Both the position numbers and the translations under genes were made by a program. The notes beneath the pieces were generated by a model. It saw nothing but the letters and a program-made list of their open reading frames with translations. It was not told where the DNA came from and did not search any database. A DNA stretch of 62,192 bases, counting the filler, from Choristocarpus tenellus KU-1152 (Eukaryota; Protista; Phaeophyceae): the NCBI GenBank assembly GCA_964200185.2. It is 9 parts of 9 records of this genome, joined end to end, with 100 filler letters (N's around TTAATTAATTAA, not from the genome) between each part and the next. Parts side by side here need not be neighbours in the genome. Positions count along the whole stretch, not along the records: positions 24,806 to 45,445 come from CAXNAD020000384.1; positions 45,546 to 49,627 come from CAXNAD020016313.1; positions 49,728 to 52,680 come from CAXNAD020023405.1; 6 more parts are not named here. The stretch is one strand, 5' to 3'. This document shows, one piece after another, positions 38,301 to 51,918 of the stretch; within the stretch, counting starts at the first letter, position 1; each line of letters begins with the position of its first letter.

Positions 38301-41300
38301 ATGACCTCTCACTCAACAACAAAAGAGCACTCATAACTCACCTCTCCTGCACAAGCAGAGGGGGAAACACCAAAAAAGCACACTGATATCCACAATTTAA
38401 AGGCTTCAATCAGAGCAACTATTCCGCCTTGCTGTGCACTAAAATCTATATGCACATATAATGCACATATCATGCACATATAATGCACACATGGTACTCA
38501 AAGTGTTGCAAGTAATACTCACTTGGAGCATATACTACAGATACATAAGCATATATTACAGGAATATCTTCCATTGAAAAAAAAATGTTCCCTCTCACAT
38601 TGCTAACTGTCCTGTCAGCTGCAGCACTGGGTACGTCCCTGGATATCCTCTCCAACAGGGTGTTCAATATCCTTCGATGGCTGTATGCACGTTGGAGGAA
38701 AGCAGTAGCCCGCATCACCTGGGGCATGGGAGCCCGCAGAATCGATGTCATGGCAATAGTAACACAGTGTGTAACACAGTGCAAAAACACACACATCAAA
38801 AAATGTTTAGGATGATCAAGAGGATATGGAAGTGCTTGAAAACGTATCATACATATCATACAAGATGAACAATAGTATACTAGACGGGGGTCAATTTAGA
38901 CCCTTTAGAACATCAGAGGCCTGCAAAATCTTCAGCCTTACATCCCCGTTCCCATGCCTGGAATGCAGATAACTTCCATCAGGAATCTTTGGATGTAGAA
39001 GAGGAGACAAAAGTTTGTTCACACAAGCACAAAGTCGTCCTCCAGAGTGCTAAGAGCACAAGGGTCAGGAAGCAGTCACAGACACCACCAATACTCGACA
39101 GCACTCTCCTCTAGGATAATATGGTTAACTCCTGATTCTGCTTCTGTATCTGCATCTGCTTCCACTTAATATGATCATAAAAATTAAAGAAGGTAGCCTG
39201 TACCAGCGACTACTGCATATAGCCTTCAAGGACGTTGTGGGGGTTGCTCCAAGATATTATCAAAGATATTATCAAAGATATTATCAACACCCTGAATACA
39301 GCATCAAGAGGGAAGTGTGTGTGCGTATGTGTGTGTGTGGCAAACACCTTCAAATCTCCTAGGACCTAAGACCCCTATAACCTTGATCCAAGATACAATT
39401 AGTTCAAAAAAGACAAGAACCATGACAGTGACGACATGGAGGGAGGGGGACTTCTCATCCCTGTATAAGTAGAGCTAAACAAGACTCGTGCCTACAACTT
39501 AAGATACACCCCCACACACTACAAAAGCACTCGATACTATCAAGAGGCAGAGGGTAGGGGTAAGAAATAGCTCACAAGTAAAACGCCTTCTTGGTCAGAG
39601 TAACCTGTGGCAATTGCCTTGTCGTAGTACTCGATTGCCTCCCCAACCTCATTGCGGTCTAGAGCAGCATTGGCCTGAAAGTTGTACTGTAGGCACTCTG
39701 CGGCGCTCTTTGATACCTGTAGATAACAATAGCGGTCACACTAAATGTTGCACGAGAGGTGCACAAAAATATCCAAAAATATCCAAGTGACACTAGAAGC
39801 TCACATTTATCATAATAACCATTGATATGATTATAGAGATGAGAAAAATAGAGCATTGATAATCCGTGTTTCAAGAGTTGAAGATAACAAGCGATCCCAC
39901 ATATCAGGATCTTGGAACACTTGCCTCCCCCCCCCACTGTCCCATCTGGTCACACAAGCACGACAGTTCCCTTCTCCTACAGAATGCTAAAAGCAATAAA
40001 ATCCACACTACAGTTCTATCAAGTGCCACAGTCACCTGCGCCATCCCCAAAGAGTTCAAATCAAGCAATTCTTGTGACAACAAAGCAACCATCTAGTCTC
40101 CTCGAGCACAGTTATCCCAGTCCACTGCAAACTTCTGAGGCATTGTCGAAGTGGCAATTTACCATGCACCGTCACCTAAGAAGTAAACTGACACATTACT
40201 AGGCCATCATACATCACAAGTACGCGATACATATGTCCACTCACATCAACCAGGAGATAGTCCCTGAGTATCTTGTAGACTCTATCCACACTATCTATTT
40301 TATTGAACTCCAGCCAAGTACCCTCCTCTTGTCGCACCCTGAGATTGGGACCCTTGTTGCACCTGCCTCAATATGTGATATGTGATATGTGTTTGTGTCA
40401 GGTATCAAGTGCGGTTTGGTTACTCTTTTTAATCTTGCTATGTGGAGTTTCAAATAGCATTGTGTCAAATGTCTGGATACTGAAATTGTTGGGTGCTTTT
40501 GTGAGAGGTGGTTCAAAACATGGGAATGATGGTATGCTCTAATACACGTGAGGTTAAAGTGAAGTATACATTGTGATCACATGTGATCATATATGCCAAT
40601 ACATATGAGATGGTAGTCAAGTATACACTACAAAACATGGAAAAGAACATGCAAATATTAAAAACACAACCCGGCTTGTCTTCTACTATCCTAGAAGGTC
40701 AATAAATGAAGACAACATTCTGTCTCATTCCCAAGTTGGACCCGAGTTCCGATACGCTTGTGGTACGCTTTTGATACGCTCTTGATACACTTTTGATATA
40801 TTTGCAACATCTAGTGCACACAGTCCATCACTCAGAAGAAAGTATTTAGAGCAAAGCGGAATGCACCCAGTAAGATACGTTTTCGTCTCACCTTCCCAGG
40901 CAATTTACACCCTGCACTAGGACCTCACCGTCAGGTGCAAGCCCTATAAAGGCGCCAAGGGTGGCTCCGGACCCCTTCTCCTTGCACCACCTGTGAGGGT
41001 TGGGGCCGGTGATGAGGTCTCCAAGGAGGCAAAGGCCAGACAACGCGTGCAACACACAAGGTCACCAGTCTCCCATTGCATAAGTGGCTCATTGGGCATA
41101 CATTCCAGAGGACGAAAATAATGAACTTCAAGCTCTCAACTAAGCGCCCTAACCCAACACTAGCCAATACTAATATTTGGCCACTGATATTTTGCAGGTA
41201 TCTTATGGGGGAGAGATGAACGCACTAGAGAACACAACGAGCATAATCACAGAGTCAGCATTGATTACAACAAAGGCCTTCCTACACAGCAGGTGCTGTA

Positions 41301-41953
41301 ATATATCCAAAGGAGACGTCTTCCTATACAACCCATTACTTATCAGAATCGATGACCAGAGGCCCACCCCAGTACTACACGCACTTCCAACCTGTTGGTA
41401 CACACAAACACCCTTTTCTTATGCTGCGTGTCCACCTGGGACCAGTCCTGCCCACCCGAACCCCCCTCTCGCATCCCCCTGACATTCTCAAGGGCGTTTG
41501 GCAACTCCTGCGTTGACTCCGATCTCAAAATGCTTCCTTCAGATGTCCCCTCAGATGTCTGCTGTGGAGAAGTACCTAGCTCCTTATCTTTTCTCCCTTC
41601 CCATGTCGACATTTTTGCAATTGCTCGACCCTTCAGCCTCCCTCCGATTCTGGGCCATCCCACAGTGTAATGCCAAACACATACCTGCTGCGGGAGACCG
41701 TTGAGTGGATTGGTAATGCTGTTCTAATAATTGCCCCACCAACTATTTGACACATTAAAAAGAGTGCGCTAGTCAAAAGTTTCATGTGGAGGTGCAAAAT
41801 TCCTCCAAGGCATAGGCGTAGGCGTGGGGGCTGGGTAACAGTACTTCAAGTGGGCTGGATTGCAGCCCTTACCACCTTCTCAAAGTCAACAAGGAATCCC
41901 CCTGACCGTCGGAATAACCCCGCCAATAAGCCTAGATATAGTGGCCAGCGCAT
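35344..41953 (-). CDS. Thioredoxin-like [2Fe-2S] ferredoxin + TPR protein, probably plastid-targeted; exons 41953-41873, 41684-41392, 40990-40892, 40362-40245, 39716-39576, 38718-38608, 37631-37501, 36571-36395, last exon uncertain (35374-35344 candidate)
   Basis: The spliced product contains VFVCTNRWCKEKGS...VNCLGRCNKGPN (C-x4-C-x27-C-x3-C) and TPR helices (NEVGEAIEYYDKAIA; DALRATQLLPNYPKCWLRAGDALGELCKYKEASGYYQVALDLD). N-terminus MRWPLYLGLLAGLFRRSGG-FL. Phases are consistent. Confidence 0.85.
36903..36950. repeat. 10-bp tandem repeat (tatcYRgtat)
   Basis: tatccagtaa-tatctggtat-tatccagtat-tatctggtat-tatcca, intronic. Confidence 0.8.
38035..38067. repeat. Interstitial telomere-like (CCCTAA)n tract
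   Basis: cctaaccctaaccctaaccctaacctaacctaa, intronic. Confidence 0.85.
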
Positions 41954-42199
41954 CAATTTGAAGGTGAGGAAAATAAGACAATCGATCCTGTTTCTGTACA
42001 CTTTACTCAACGCTTGTCGAACAAGCTACGTGAGAAAGAAACTAAACATCAACATAATCATAAATCAAATATCTCCAATCGTGCGGTCCTGCTCAAACTT
42101 TCTCGCGCATATACTACGTTTTAAGTTACGAAAGTTACTCACTCTACTCTCCCAAATTGTCACCACCTCCACACTACTATAGCCCCTTGATTCGTCATC

Positions 42200-42480
42200 G
42201 GATGGCAGTCCTCACGGGATTATTTCTTCTATCCCACAACTAATTGGACTGCCCCGAACGTGCCTTGATTTATCCTCGCACGTTGGGGTCAGCCGTCCCA
42301 CTCCTCGTCGCTACTACTATCCTCCCTCGAGTCCACAACAATCTTTGCTGCCACGATACAATATCTTTCCGTGCGTTCCTTTCTGCGGTTTAGCGGAAGA
42401 GGGTAAGATATTTTCCTTGACCATGTAGCATGGACGGCATGGATGGGTTGGGAGGGAGGATGTTGGGAAACCTTGTGGAC
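42200..42480 (+). other. Structured putative 5' leader RNA of the RTE LINE
   Basis: Complementary segments: ggatggc/gccgtcc, agtcc/ggact, gggat/atccc, gccccgaacgtgc/gcacgttggggt, atcctccctc/gagggaggat, gtccacaa/ttgtggac, atatctt/aagatat, ccatg/catgg. Confidence 0.55.
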
Positions 42481-42639
42481 GTATCTTCCCTGTGGGCGTT
42501 ATACCGTGAAGCGGAAACATGACCCACGTCGTCGCACAACTATCTGCCGGATACGAGAAGGAACTAGACGTTGCCGACGAGCATTGGGCCTGCTATCCCT
42601 TCTAGATTTTCTGGGAAGCCATACACATCATCTACTCTG

Positions 42640-45445
42640 ATATGCCAAAAATACCCAAACAACCATCTCACTGTGGGCACGTAGAATGTTAGAACCATGA
42701 CTATGAGAGGCAAGAGTGGAGTGGGTCATACCGCAGTCTTGATACGACGGGCCTAGGCTTGTGGATGCGATGTGATTGGTCTCCAAGACATAGGTAGAGG
42801 TGGGATTTATGCCTTGAGCTGCCTGAGCCCAAGTACATGGTTTTGTTCAGTGGGGGAGAAGATCAAAAGGGTGAGCAATCAGTGGATTTGGGAGTGAAGG
42901 AATCAATCCTACAACGGGCTGCCCGCGAAGCAGAGTACCTTCACGAACGGATGATGAAAATCCAGCTGCTGATGACAGGCAGGTCACTGGGATTAGGGGA
43001 TATGCCCCAACAGAAGAGGGCCTTAAACCAGCCAAGGATGCTTCCTGGGAGAAGTTCCACACTGTGATGCAGCAGATTCCCCCTAAGGATACGCTCTTAC
43101 TTCTTATGGACGCAAATGCTCGCACTAAAAAGAGAGGTTAAGGAGAGAGGTATCACGATAAGAGTATTCATGGTGCATAAGGAGGAGATGTATTGAGTAC
43201 CCAAGGGGACAGGGTCCCATCAGTACAGGGGTCATCGAGGGGAAGTGGGATATCTTCGTCTTGAATACATCCTTACACTTTTTAGGCTGATCTCCGCCTC
43301 GTTTGGGACGTGAGGATGCACTCGGTTTTGAAAGTGGAACCTGATCACCGTGTTGCATTAGTATCAGCCGTCTCCTTGATCGTTTTGTTCTCAATCTTAA
43401 GATGCGACAACAGTTGGCACTAAGGGACGTACATTCATCAACGGACAAGCCCTGATGTTGATACCAACCTTGAGGTCTGAACTAGCGAGCATGACTGCTG
43501 AAATCTCCTCACAGTATCAGAGGCATTGCCACCCGAAGACACAGCTGATGTACCTGCCAATGTGGACAATTTGGTACCTTCATATACAGCCAGCCCATTG
43601 TTGGACCCAGCCGCAGAAGTCCTCATCCACTCCTTTCAAGGAGTGTGCTGCCTACATGGTGGACGGCAAGTGGCCAACCTCAAGCACTCTTGTTGGAGAC
43701 CTATAATATCCTAGAGGGTGTTCAGGCGTCCACTCGGGGTCTGTGCGAACTTGTAGTGATTTCCAATGTCATCTGAGTGAACGTATCAGACGGAAGGGCA
43801 ATTTCCTTCGTCTAAACACACCTTCCTTTTCTACCAACCTTCCTGAACCAAATCCAAAGCAAAGACGCTCGCAAAACGGGCATCAAACTGAATTATCTTA
43901 CAACACCCCCATCAACCTCCGAATGGACAACGTGGGCTAAACACCCTCCCCCTCTAAGATACTATGGGTCTGGAAGCCTAGGAGAAACATTGAAGAGCAT
44001 GGAAACAACCACACGCCGACCCCCAAAATGCCACTTTCAAATCGTTGTTGAAGAAGGCTGGCAAAAAAAACTCAGACGGGTGAGAGTGATTGCCTTGGAG
44101 GAGTTTCTTGACACATACAATAGGAAGATGGAAGAACATATTTACCGTGGAGACCAAACCTGATTTCTGCCCACGCCTGAAGGGCTTCGTTGTCAAGAGA
44201 ATCAGAGAGAGAGAGTCTCTCAGCACATCCATGATGAGTCCGGATGGCTACTCAGGAAGCAAGCATCTATGGAGTGCTGGAGGGGATAGTTCACAGTGCT
44301 CCTTAATACCAAGTCGATTGATCTCAACCCTCATAAAGCTGAAGACCCCAATCAATGACTCACGCGAGGGTCCCCACTACTCCTCCAATGATGATGGAAG
44401 TGGCTGGAGCATTCCGAACAATGGGAAGTGGAGGGTTTTAGGCCGACAATCTTCCAGCTGAGCTCCTAAAGCTTGGCCGGCAGGAGGATGTGGCTATCCT
44501 TCATAGGATTTCTATAAGATTGTGCAGGCTGCGTGGAGCCAAGATTTTGTGCCATAATTCTGAAAAGATGGGTCAACACCGTGTTGTACAAGAAGAGGAC
44601 AACACTGATTGTGGCAACTGCGGGGGCTTTTCAATTGGCGGTACATGCTGTCAAAGCCCTCCTCAAAGTTGTTGCACGTCGGTTGGGGGATCACCTGGAA
44701 TGGGAGAACATCCTTCATGAGGATCGGTGTGGTTTCCGGCCCCAATGCTCCACAATTGACATAATGTACTCTGTATGTGCCCTCCAAGAGCTTGGCCGGG
44801 AAAATAACATACCCCTCTTCATTTATTTCATCGTTCTATAGAAAGCATGTCACTCTGTTGATCTTAATTTCCTGTGGGTTGTGCTGATCAAATTTGGCAT
44901 ACCTCCAAAGTTGATCTCTGTCATCCGTCCATTCCATATGATGATATGAGGGCATGTGTTCACATGGGATGATGATGGTGAGTGCACAGACTGGTTCGAG
45001 TTTGGACTGGGCCTTAGGCAGGTGTGTGTTCTTGCTCCGATCCACTTCAACATCTTGTTCACAGCCGTGCTAAGTGTGGCAGTTACGGAGGTCATCTCTG
45101 ACTTGGTTATTTCGAAGAGCCTTGTAGTCATCAACAGAACCTACCACAAAGAGCTTGATCAGAGGGGGAGGAGGAGCACCAGGGAGTGGGACAACACTTT
45201 AGCGGGTTTTGTGGGGCATGCTATGTGCTGATCGTGCGGGCATTGTCTCCATGATCCAAGGAGCTTTGCTCAGGATGATGACAGTGCTAATGAAGATGGC
45301 TAGATCTTTTGGTCTGACTGTGTCGGCATTAAAGACTGCACCTATGTACCTTCACCTTCTTAACCAGGATGACGAAACCATGCCGATTCAGGCATTGGAC
45401 CAGACCTACAAGGAGACAAATAAGCTTGCTTTGCCATGGGGGAAC
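42640..45445 (+). mobile_element. Decayed RTE-clade non-LTR retrotransposon (APE endonuclease + reverse transcriptase), cut by spacer
   Basis: Endonuclease: LTVGT*NVRTM, CDVIGLQ, LLMDANA. RT: LLKVVARRL..ILHEDRCGFRPQCSTIDIMY..LQE, KFGIPPKLISVIRPFH, GLRQVCVLAPIHFNI, MLCADRA (YADD-derived). Many stops and frameshifts. Confidence 0.9.
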
Positions 45446-45658
45446 NNNNNNNNNNNNNNNNNNNNNNNNNNNNNNNNNNNNNNNNNNNNTTAATTAATTA
45501 ANNNNNNNNNNNNNNNNNNNNNNNNNNNNNNNNNNNNNNNNNNNNCGACGCTATGCCCCCTCCCCGTCCCCCTCCCCCCAACCCTTTTGCTATGTCTTAA
45601 AATAAAAAAAGAGAAAGTTGAGGCATTTTGTTGGCCCACTATGTTGACGTCCATGCAG

Positions 45659-46236
45659 GTTGTCCGTGAGAACACGAGGCAGCAGGCGGAGGAGGCGGTG
45701 ATACTGTTGGAGGTGCAGGGGACAGACGCCCTTCGTGCTCAAAAGGAAAAGGAGGGTGTGTCCCTTGCAATGCTCATTGAGGAGAAGAACAGGGCCGAGG
45801 CTATTCGTGCCAGGGCAGAGGTGAGTGAGCTCTGCGATGATGTCATTGTTGGGCATGAAGCACACCTTGGTGATGGGACCTGTCATGGTCCGTGAGGTGT
45901 TCTTTGTTCTCAGTTGTAAAACTGCACCGTTGTTCTTGTCATCATGGGGGGGGGGCTGGTGTGTGTTTGTTATTGTATCGAATATTCTTCAGCTCTGGGG
46001 CCTATATTTTTGTTGGTGGTGCCCTGGGGCTTGCGGTCTGAAGATATGTTGGGGGAGCTGAGGTACTCTGCATGGAATGTACAAAGTACTTGAAGTACTA
46101 TCGTAGGAATGAAAGTAGTCCAGGGTTCTCTGTTTTGAAGGTCAAGGGCTGGAACCGGTACAGTCATGTGTGTACAAGTTAGCACAAGTGTGGGTAAGTT
46201 TCACATCTCACTCTGAATATCTCATCCCCTGGTATT

Positions 46237-46268
<32 letters not shown>

Positions 46269-48870
46269 TAGTAGTAGTACTGGCCTAGGCTATTGCCCCT
46301 TTTTGGTAAACATACAACAGTAGATGCTAGAGTGTATGAGATGAAAGTGATGTCAACAGATGATTAGATAGATATTGCCTTCTTGTTGTGGTAAGCGCAG
46401 TACACCTATCTCAAAGGTTTGCCGCTGACCCGCTGACCCGCTGACCCTCTGTACCCTCCTTCCCTTGCACACCATTATGTTGTTATCCTATTCTGCGAAA
46501 CAAACTCATCAACTCAATGGCTTACAACCCCTCTATGTCCGAATCCTGAATAAGGCCAATGCGTTTGAGATCAAGCAACTCGGAGAGGCCGAGGCTACCT
46601 CAATGATGGCGAAGGGAGAAGCTGAGGCGAAGGTAAGAATTGGGATGAATGAAGACATGACCTTGACACAAACAGCCGATCCTTGCCCATGAGATACCCA
46701 TACCAAACTTAATTTCTTTCTGGGGGTTACTACGCCTCTTCTTTTTTTTCATGAACTGGTAGGTTCTGAGGCAATGCTGACCTTGTATGCTTCCGTATGT
46801 ATGAAAAATGTGCACAGAAAAAGAGCAACCCAACTCACAGAGTTGGAAAATTATTGTGTTGTCCATGTGTGTGTGTGTGTGTGTTATCCGTTTTACTACC
46901 ATGTTAAGGACTCATATGTGTCAGTCACTCTGTCCACTGTCTTCTTGTATGCCCAGCTAATTTCTTTTTTCTTATTTGGCTTGGTTTGATTTGCTTGTAT
47001 ATGAACTAACTGTGCATTTAATAATTAAGAATAAACTATAGAACTGGGGTGGCTTCTTTGCCAAGGGCGACATTATTTTTCGGAGACAAGAAATATTGTG
47101 TTCCATATGTGACTTACACTAGAGTGCTATGTAGCCAGATAAATTGTTTAGGAGGTTGTCATCGTAGAGTTGAATAGGTAAGGAGGCAGGTAGGTGGAGG
47201 GTAAGTAGGGTAGCAAAGGGGTTGATTTGCTCCCTTCATTTTTATCAACTACTCTGTTGTTTGGTCGAGTTGGTTTGGAGATGCTTGAGCAGTCATTCGT
47301 CTGCCCAGAGTAGTCATTGCTTTGTAAATCCTGCTGAGTGTTAGACTTATACTCAAGGTATAATGTAGTGTATGAAGGTAGTTCTTGTTGATGCTTCGAA
47401 ATATCTCATTGAGATTGAGATCGAGGAGGTGAATTGGTCAGCGATATTTGTTAGTGTGTACATACGAGTTTCAACATGTCCGATATTTGTTCTCCTGGCT
47501 CCTACTACCAAAGGATCATGGCATGAGTGTAATAGTCTTATCCAGAATGTGGGTATCCATGTCCCTGCACTGCTCCTGAACATACCGGTTTTTAATCAAC
47601 ATCTCTTGGCATGGTCACAGTCTTCAAGTTATGGTTGCAACCATAAACCCATCAGGAAACTATCTTGATCACTTGACTAGTTCTGTTTATCTAAATAGTG
47701 GCTCAAAGAGCGCTCGGCGTGTCACCCTGTGTATGCTTGAGTGCAAACTCAACTGACATACGGGTAACCTCGTTAACTGTGTGCTGCCTGCCTTAACGGC
47801 TGCCTCTCGCCTTTGGCCGCCCTCCCTTTCAGTCCATCCCATACTAGACCCTAACCCTAACCTTACCTACGCACCACTGTACCCTGTCCTGTCCAAGTTA
47901 GTACCTCTCTTTGCCCACACGGGCATCTCTCTTCATTTTGCATGTCCTGTGTGAAACTGTTCCCAATGGCAGGTTTTGGAAATGCGAGCAGAGGCTTTCA
48001 AGCAGTATGGGCAGGCAGCCATTGTGCAGAGCATTGTCGATAAACTCCCAGATATCACCCGTGAGGTGGCTGCCCCACTGAGCAAGACTGATAAGGTGTG
48101 TGTGAGTTTGTGTATGTATGCCTGGGCAGGCCCCATCCTACGATATAGTGTGGTTGTCCAGATTTCTTAGAGTTTCAGTTTTGGTCATGTGAGGGGTGAT
48201 TTGTGCATTTTAAAATGGTAAAAGGAGTAGTTGCTGCTGTGGTATGAGTCAGAGGACGCCTTGGGTGTACTGTAGATGGCTAGCATAGGTGTTCAAGGAA
48301 TGTATATTGTTTTTTTCGTAGAAACACTTGCACGCTCAGTCACACACACAGTTTCGTTTGGATGTTTGATGTTTTGCACCAATATACGTAACATTCAGTG
48401 GAGTGTGTTGCTCGGTCAGTAGGAGATTTAGTTGAGTACACTGACCTACGTTTTTTGTTTTGTTTCTAGTTTTTGCTATGGAATTCATTCCTACGAATGT
48501 CAACTGTTTGTTTACCTACGGTGCTAACTAGAACAAGTACTTTGAACAGCTATTTTATGCATGCGATGATCAACAACAGATTCCCTCCCACTACTCACCT
48601 CTAATCCATCTCCCTCCTTCTAACCCTTATTATCGATTTTGCCCACCATACCTCTGACCCCAAATATAATAGATGATCTTCATCTCTAATGATGGAGGAG
48701 GTGGCGGAAGTCGCCTGACAGGGGACGTTGCATCCATCTTGAGTCAGCTTCCGGTTACAATTGAGAGTCTCACGGGGGTAGATATCACAAAGGGTCTCGA
48801 TCGTATGCTTGGTGAGGGTTCCAAGAAGCCTAATGCAGCAAGAAGGGCAGAGCAGGAGGCACAGAAATGA
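45659..48870 (+). CDS. FLOT: Flotillin-family (SPFH) protein, 3' part; exons 45659-45820, 46555-46632, 47973-48095, 48673-48870
   Basis: AEA/EAE-rich flotillin region: GEAEATSMMAKGEAEAK, RAEAFKQYGQAAIVQSIVDKLPDITREVAAPLSKTDK, RLTGDVASILSQLPVTIESLTGVDI. Phase-0 introns. The N-terminus is lost at the spacer. Confidence 0.92.
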
Positions 48871-49965
48871 ACTGTTCTTGTGCTGCCTGACTGATCATTG
48901 ATGTGGAGTGTATGTAAATAGAGCTCTACTCCAGCAGGGTAGAGTTGATCGCTTTTGGAACAACAAGAAAATGAGAGATAGGGCATGAAGTGAGAAGCAC
49001 TACTTCAAACAAGAAGTTGTGTGATCCCACCTCTTTTCCTCTTCCTTTTTGTATAAAATACTCCCTCGTTTGGATTTTCCATTGGAGGTGCTGCAGGAGA
49101 AATGGTTTGTTTTTTGTGAAGGAAGTGTGTGTGTCCTCAGTGATGTACTGCTGTGTGTACGTAGACTGGTGCTATGTGGTGGTCCCCAGTTTGAAGTCTC
49201 ATTTTTTTTTTTTCAGGTGCAATTGAGTCTAGTTAGTGTCTCGCCGATTGCTCTTGTGACTGAGCAACACATGGTTTTGTGGCAATCAACATCAGCACAC
49301 TCCATGCACTTACGAACAAGACAACATACCAGCAATTCATATTGAGGATGGGGGAGACATTTCAATCCCTCTTTTTCATACCAATGCAGCCTAGACTGAT
49401 GACTGACGCCTCATCTCTTTTCACTAAGTAGGAATCTAGCGCAGTGGTTTTGTTCATGCCTGTTGTATGTGCTTTCTACATGTTGCAGAAATTTGTGACG
49501 CTGCCAGTTGAGAGGTGGGCAGGTTTGGTCCCTCCTGCATTCCAAGTAATCTTTTGCACCCTGTGCAATATACTCTATTTCATTGCTCTATGTACATGAA
49601 AGTGTACCAAAATTGATATTCCCCCTTNNNNNNNNNNNNNNNNNNNNNNNNNNNNNNNNNNNNNNNNNNNNTTAATTAATTAANNNNNNNNNNNNNNNNN
49701 NNNNNNNNNNNNNNNNNNNNNNNNNNNAACAACAATAAAACAAAAACCAAAAATTTATCAACATCCCCCCCCAAAAAAAAAAAACCCCTCCAAATCCACA
49801 GACCCCCCCCCCCCCCCCCCCCCCCCCACCTACCCCCCTCTTTCCTTTCTACCACATATCCACCCAATCAACACCCATATCCTGTTCAAATAGACCAACC
49901 AAATTACACAAACCATGACTCCATGACAATCAACATCAATTTCCACCTTTCCCAGTCTATATTAC

Positions 49966-50376
49966 CTGAACATCCGAGGGTAGGTGAAGCATCGACTATG
50001 GTCGACAGGCATGCTTGCCAAGATAGAATGCACAAAAGCACGCTCATCTATGTGAACCTCCGTGCCGCCTCTGAAGGCTACATTCTTCTGGAGGGCCATG
50101 CTATACAGAGGCAGCAGTTGGATTGCTTCTGGTATTGTAGGGCCCTGTTGTGCACAAAAACACCCAATTGCTTTGTATTTATGTATTATGTATGTATGTA
50201 TGTATATTTGTATGTGTGTGTGTGTGTGTGTGTGTATGCATGCGTGTGTATATATGTGTTTGTGTTTGTGTTTGTATTTGTATTTGTATTTGCGTATGTG
50301 TATGTGTATGTGTATATATGTGTGTATGTATGTATGTATGTATGTTTGTGTATAAGTGGATATATGTGTATGTGTT

Positions 50377-50429
<53 letters not shown>

Positions 50430-51711
50430 GTATGCATGCATTTGTATATATATATATGTGTATATATGAGAGATGCACAAAACAGTATTACAAAAAAGGT
50501 AACACGATATAAAACACCACCAAAATCACTTACTACTACAAATGAAAAAATAAATAAAAAACACAAAACCAAAAATTGAAAAGACTCCACCCAAGAACTT
50601 TCTTCGAACGAAACTTTAAAAAGTATAAATATATAAAAGAAAACGCCTCCAGTACATGATCTGACCCCACCTGTGCCTGTTGCCCTGGAGGAGCCATGTA
50701 GGCAGAGGAGCCATAACCCCCTCCACAACTAGCCCTAACAATGTCCACGCATACCTGCTGAATGCGACTCCGAGCACTGTCCAGTCCAGTTTTGAGGGCA
50801 ACCTTTTGACACAAAAAGGTACAGCAGAGCACAAAAAGGTACAATAGTAAAAAATACAAAATACAAAAACAAAAAAAACATGTACAACAGTAATTACAAA
50901 TACAGGTTACAGGACATGAGTACTGAAGAATTAAAAAAATCTCCTATGCTATGATACATGCTACCACTTTATAATTTTCCGGAGTTCTGTATGTATGTCA
51001 TATTTTATTTGACTGCATAAAAAAAAAATACTTGGAAAAAAATAAAACGTAACAATTGTGATTTTCAAAAAATAAAATGAAACCACCTGTGTGCAGTGCA
51101 GTAGTGATGACTGGGGTACTAGGAGTGAATGATTCACCACACAAGATTGTCGACATCAATCATGATCATCTTCACATCAAGGTGGTGATAGTGATAGTGG
51201 TACTAATAGTGGTAATAATAGTAGTATAAATAGTGGAGGCAAGGAGAGTGAATCGGGTGAATTTGTTCAGTGCCCTCTTAAATTTCCTCAATTTTTTCTT
51301 CTTTTTTCCCTTTCTATACCACTATTAATACCACTGTTACTACCACACTACAATAAAACCAACACCAAAATAGTGAAAAGAACAGAAAAACAAGGACTTA
51401 ACACTCACTACCAAAAAATCAGTACACGTGTTCCAATTATTATACCTTCGACACCCTCTCCCCCCTCCTCCCTCCCCCACATCACGTCAGGAGAGGTGGC
51501 AGAGGAATCATCAAGTGGAAGAGATAATAAGAAAGAGAGTGGGGAGAATTTATTACAAACATACCTCTAGGGCCTGCTTGGCGATCATGTTGCAGACTGC
51601 ATCGATGTCCACACTCTGGAAAATGTTCTGAATAATGGCCTCAACCTTCACAGCTGTGTTGTGCACACGAATGCGACGCTCCCCGCTGGAGGTGGTGTAC
51701 AGCAGAGCTGA
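49966..51711 (-). CDS. SEC24: COPII coat protein Sec24, internal exons 51711-51565, 50802-50671, 50144-49966 (partial gene between spacers)
   Basis: SALLYTTSSGERRIRVHN, IFQSVDIDAV, LDSARSRIQQVCVDIV, IPEAIQLLPLYSMALQKNVAFRGGTEVHIDER, YPRMF. Confidence 0.92.
50175..50468. repeat. Compound microsatellite (TG/TGTA/TGTATG/TTTGTA)
   Basis: Directly visible, inside a Sec24 intron. It produces several spurious ORFs. Confidence 0.95.
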
Positions 51712-51918
51712 CTGAATAAACGCCATCCATGGTGGTTGTTGATAAATTTGGAGTTACACGGAGGCGTTTATTTGCGCATGTGTTTTTTCTTTTTTTCTTT
51801 CTAAAATTTAAGTACACAATATGACGTGCGTCCACCAACATGGGCAAGGGAGGACGAGAGCAACATCCGGAGATTGTCGACTCGCAGTGGAACAGGGGAG
51901 AGGAGCACGATCAAAAAG

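Noticed and set aside
49923-50728. Long ORFs of 170-218 aa on both strands rich in VY/VC/HT/IH
   Set aside because: They are translations of a compound microsatellite in a Sec24 intron. Only the Sec24 exon parts are real.
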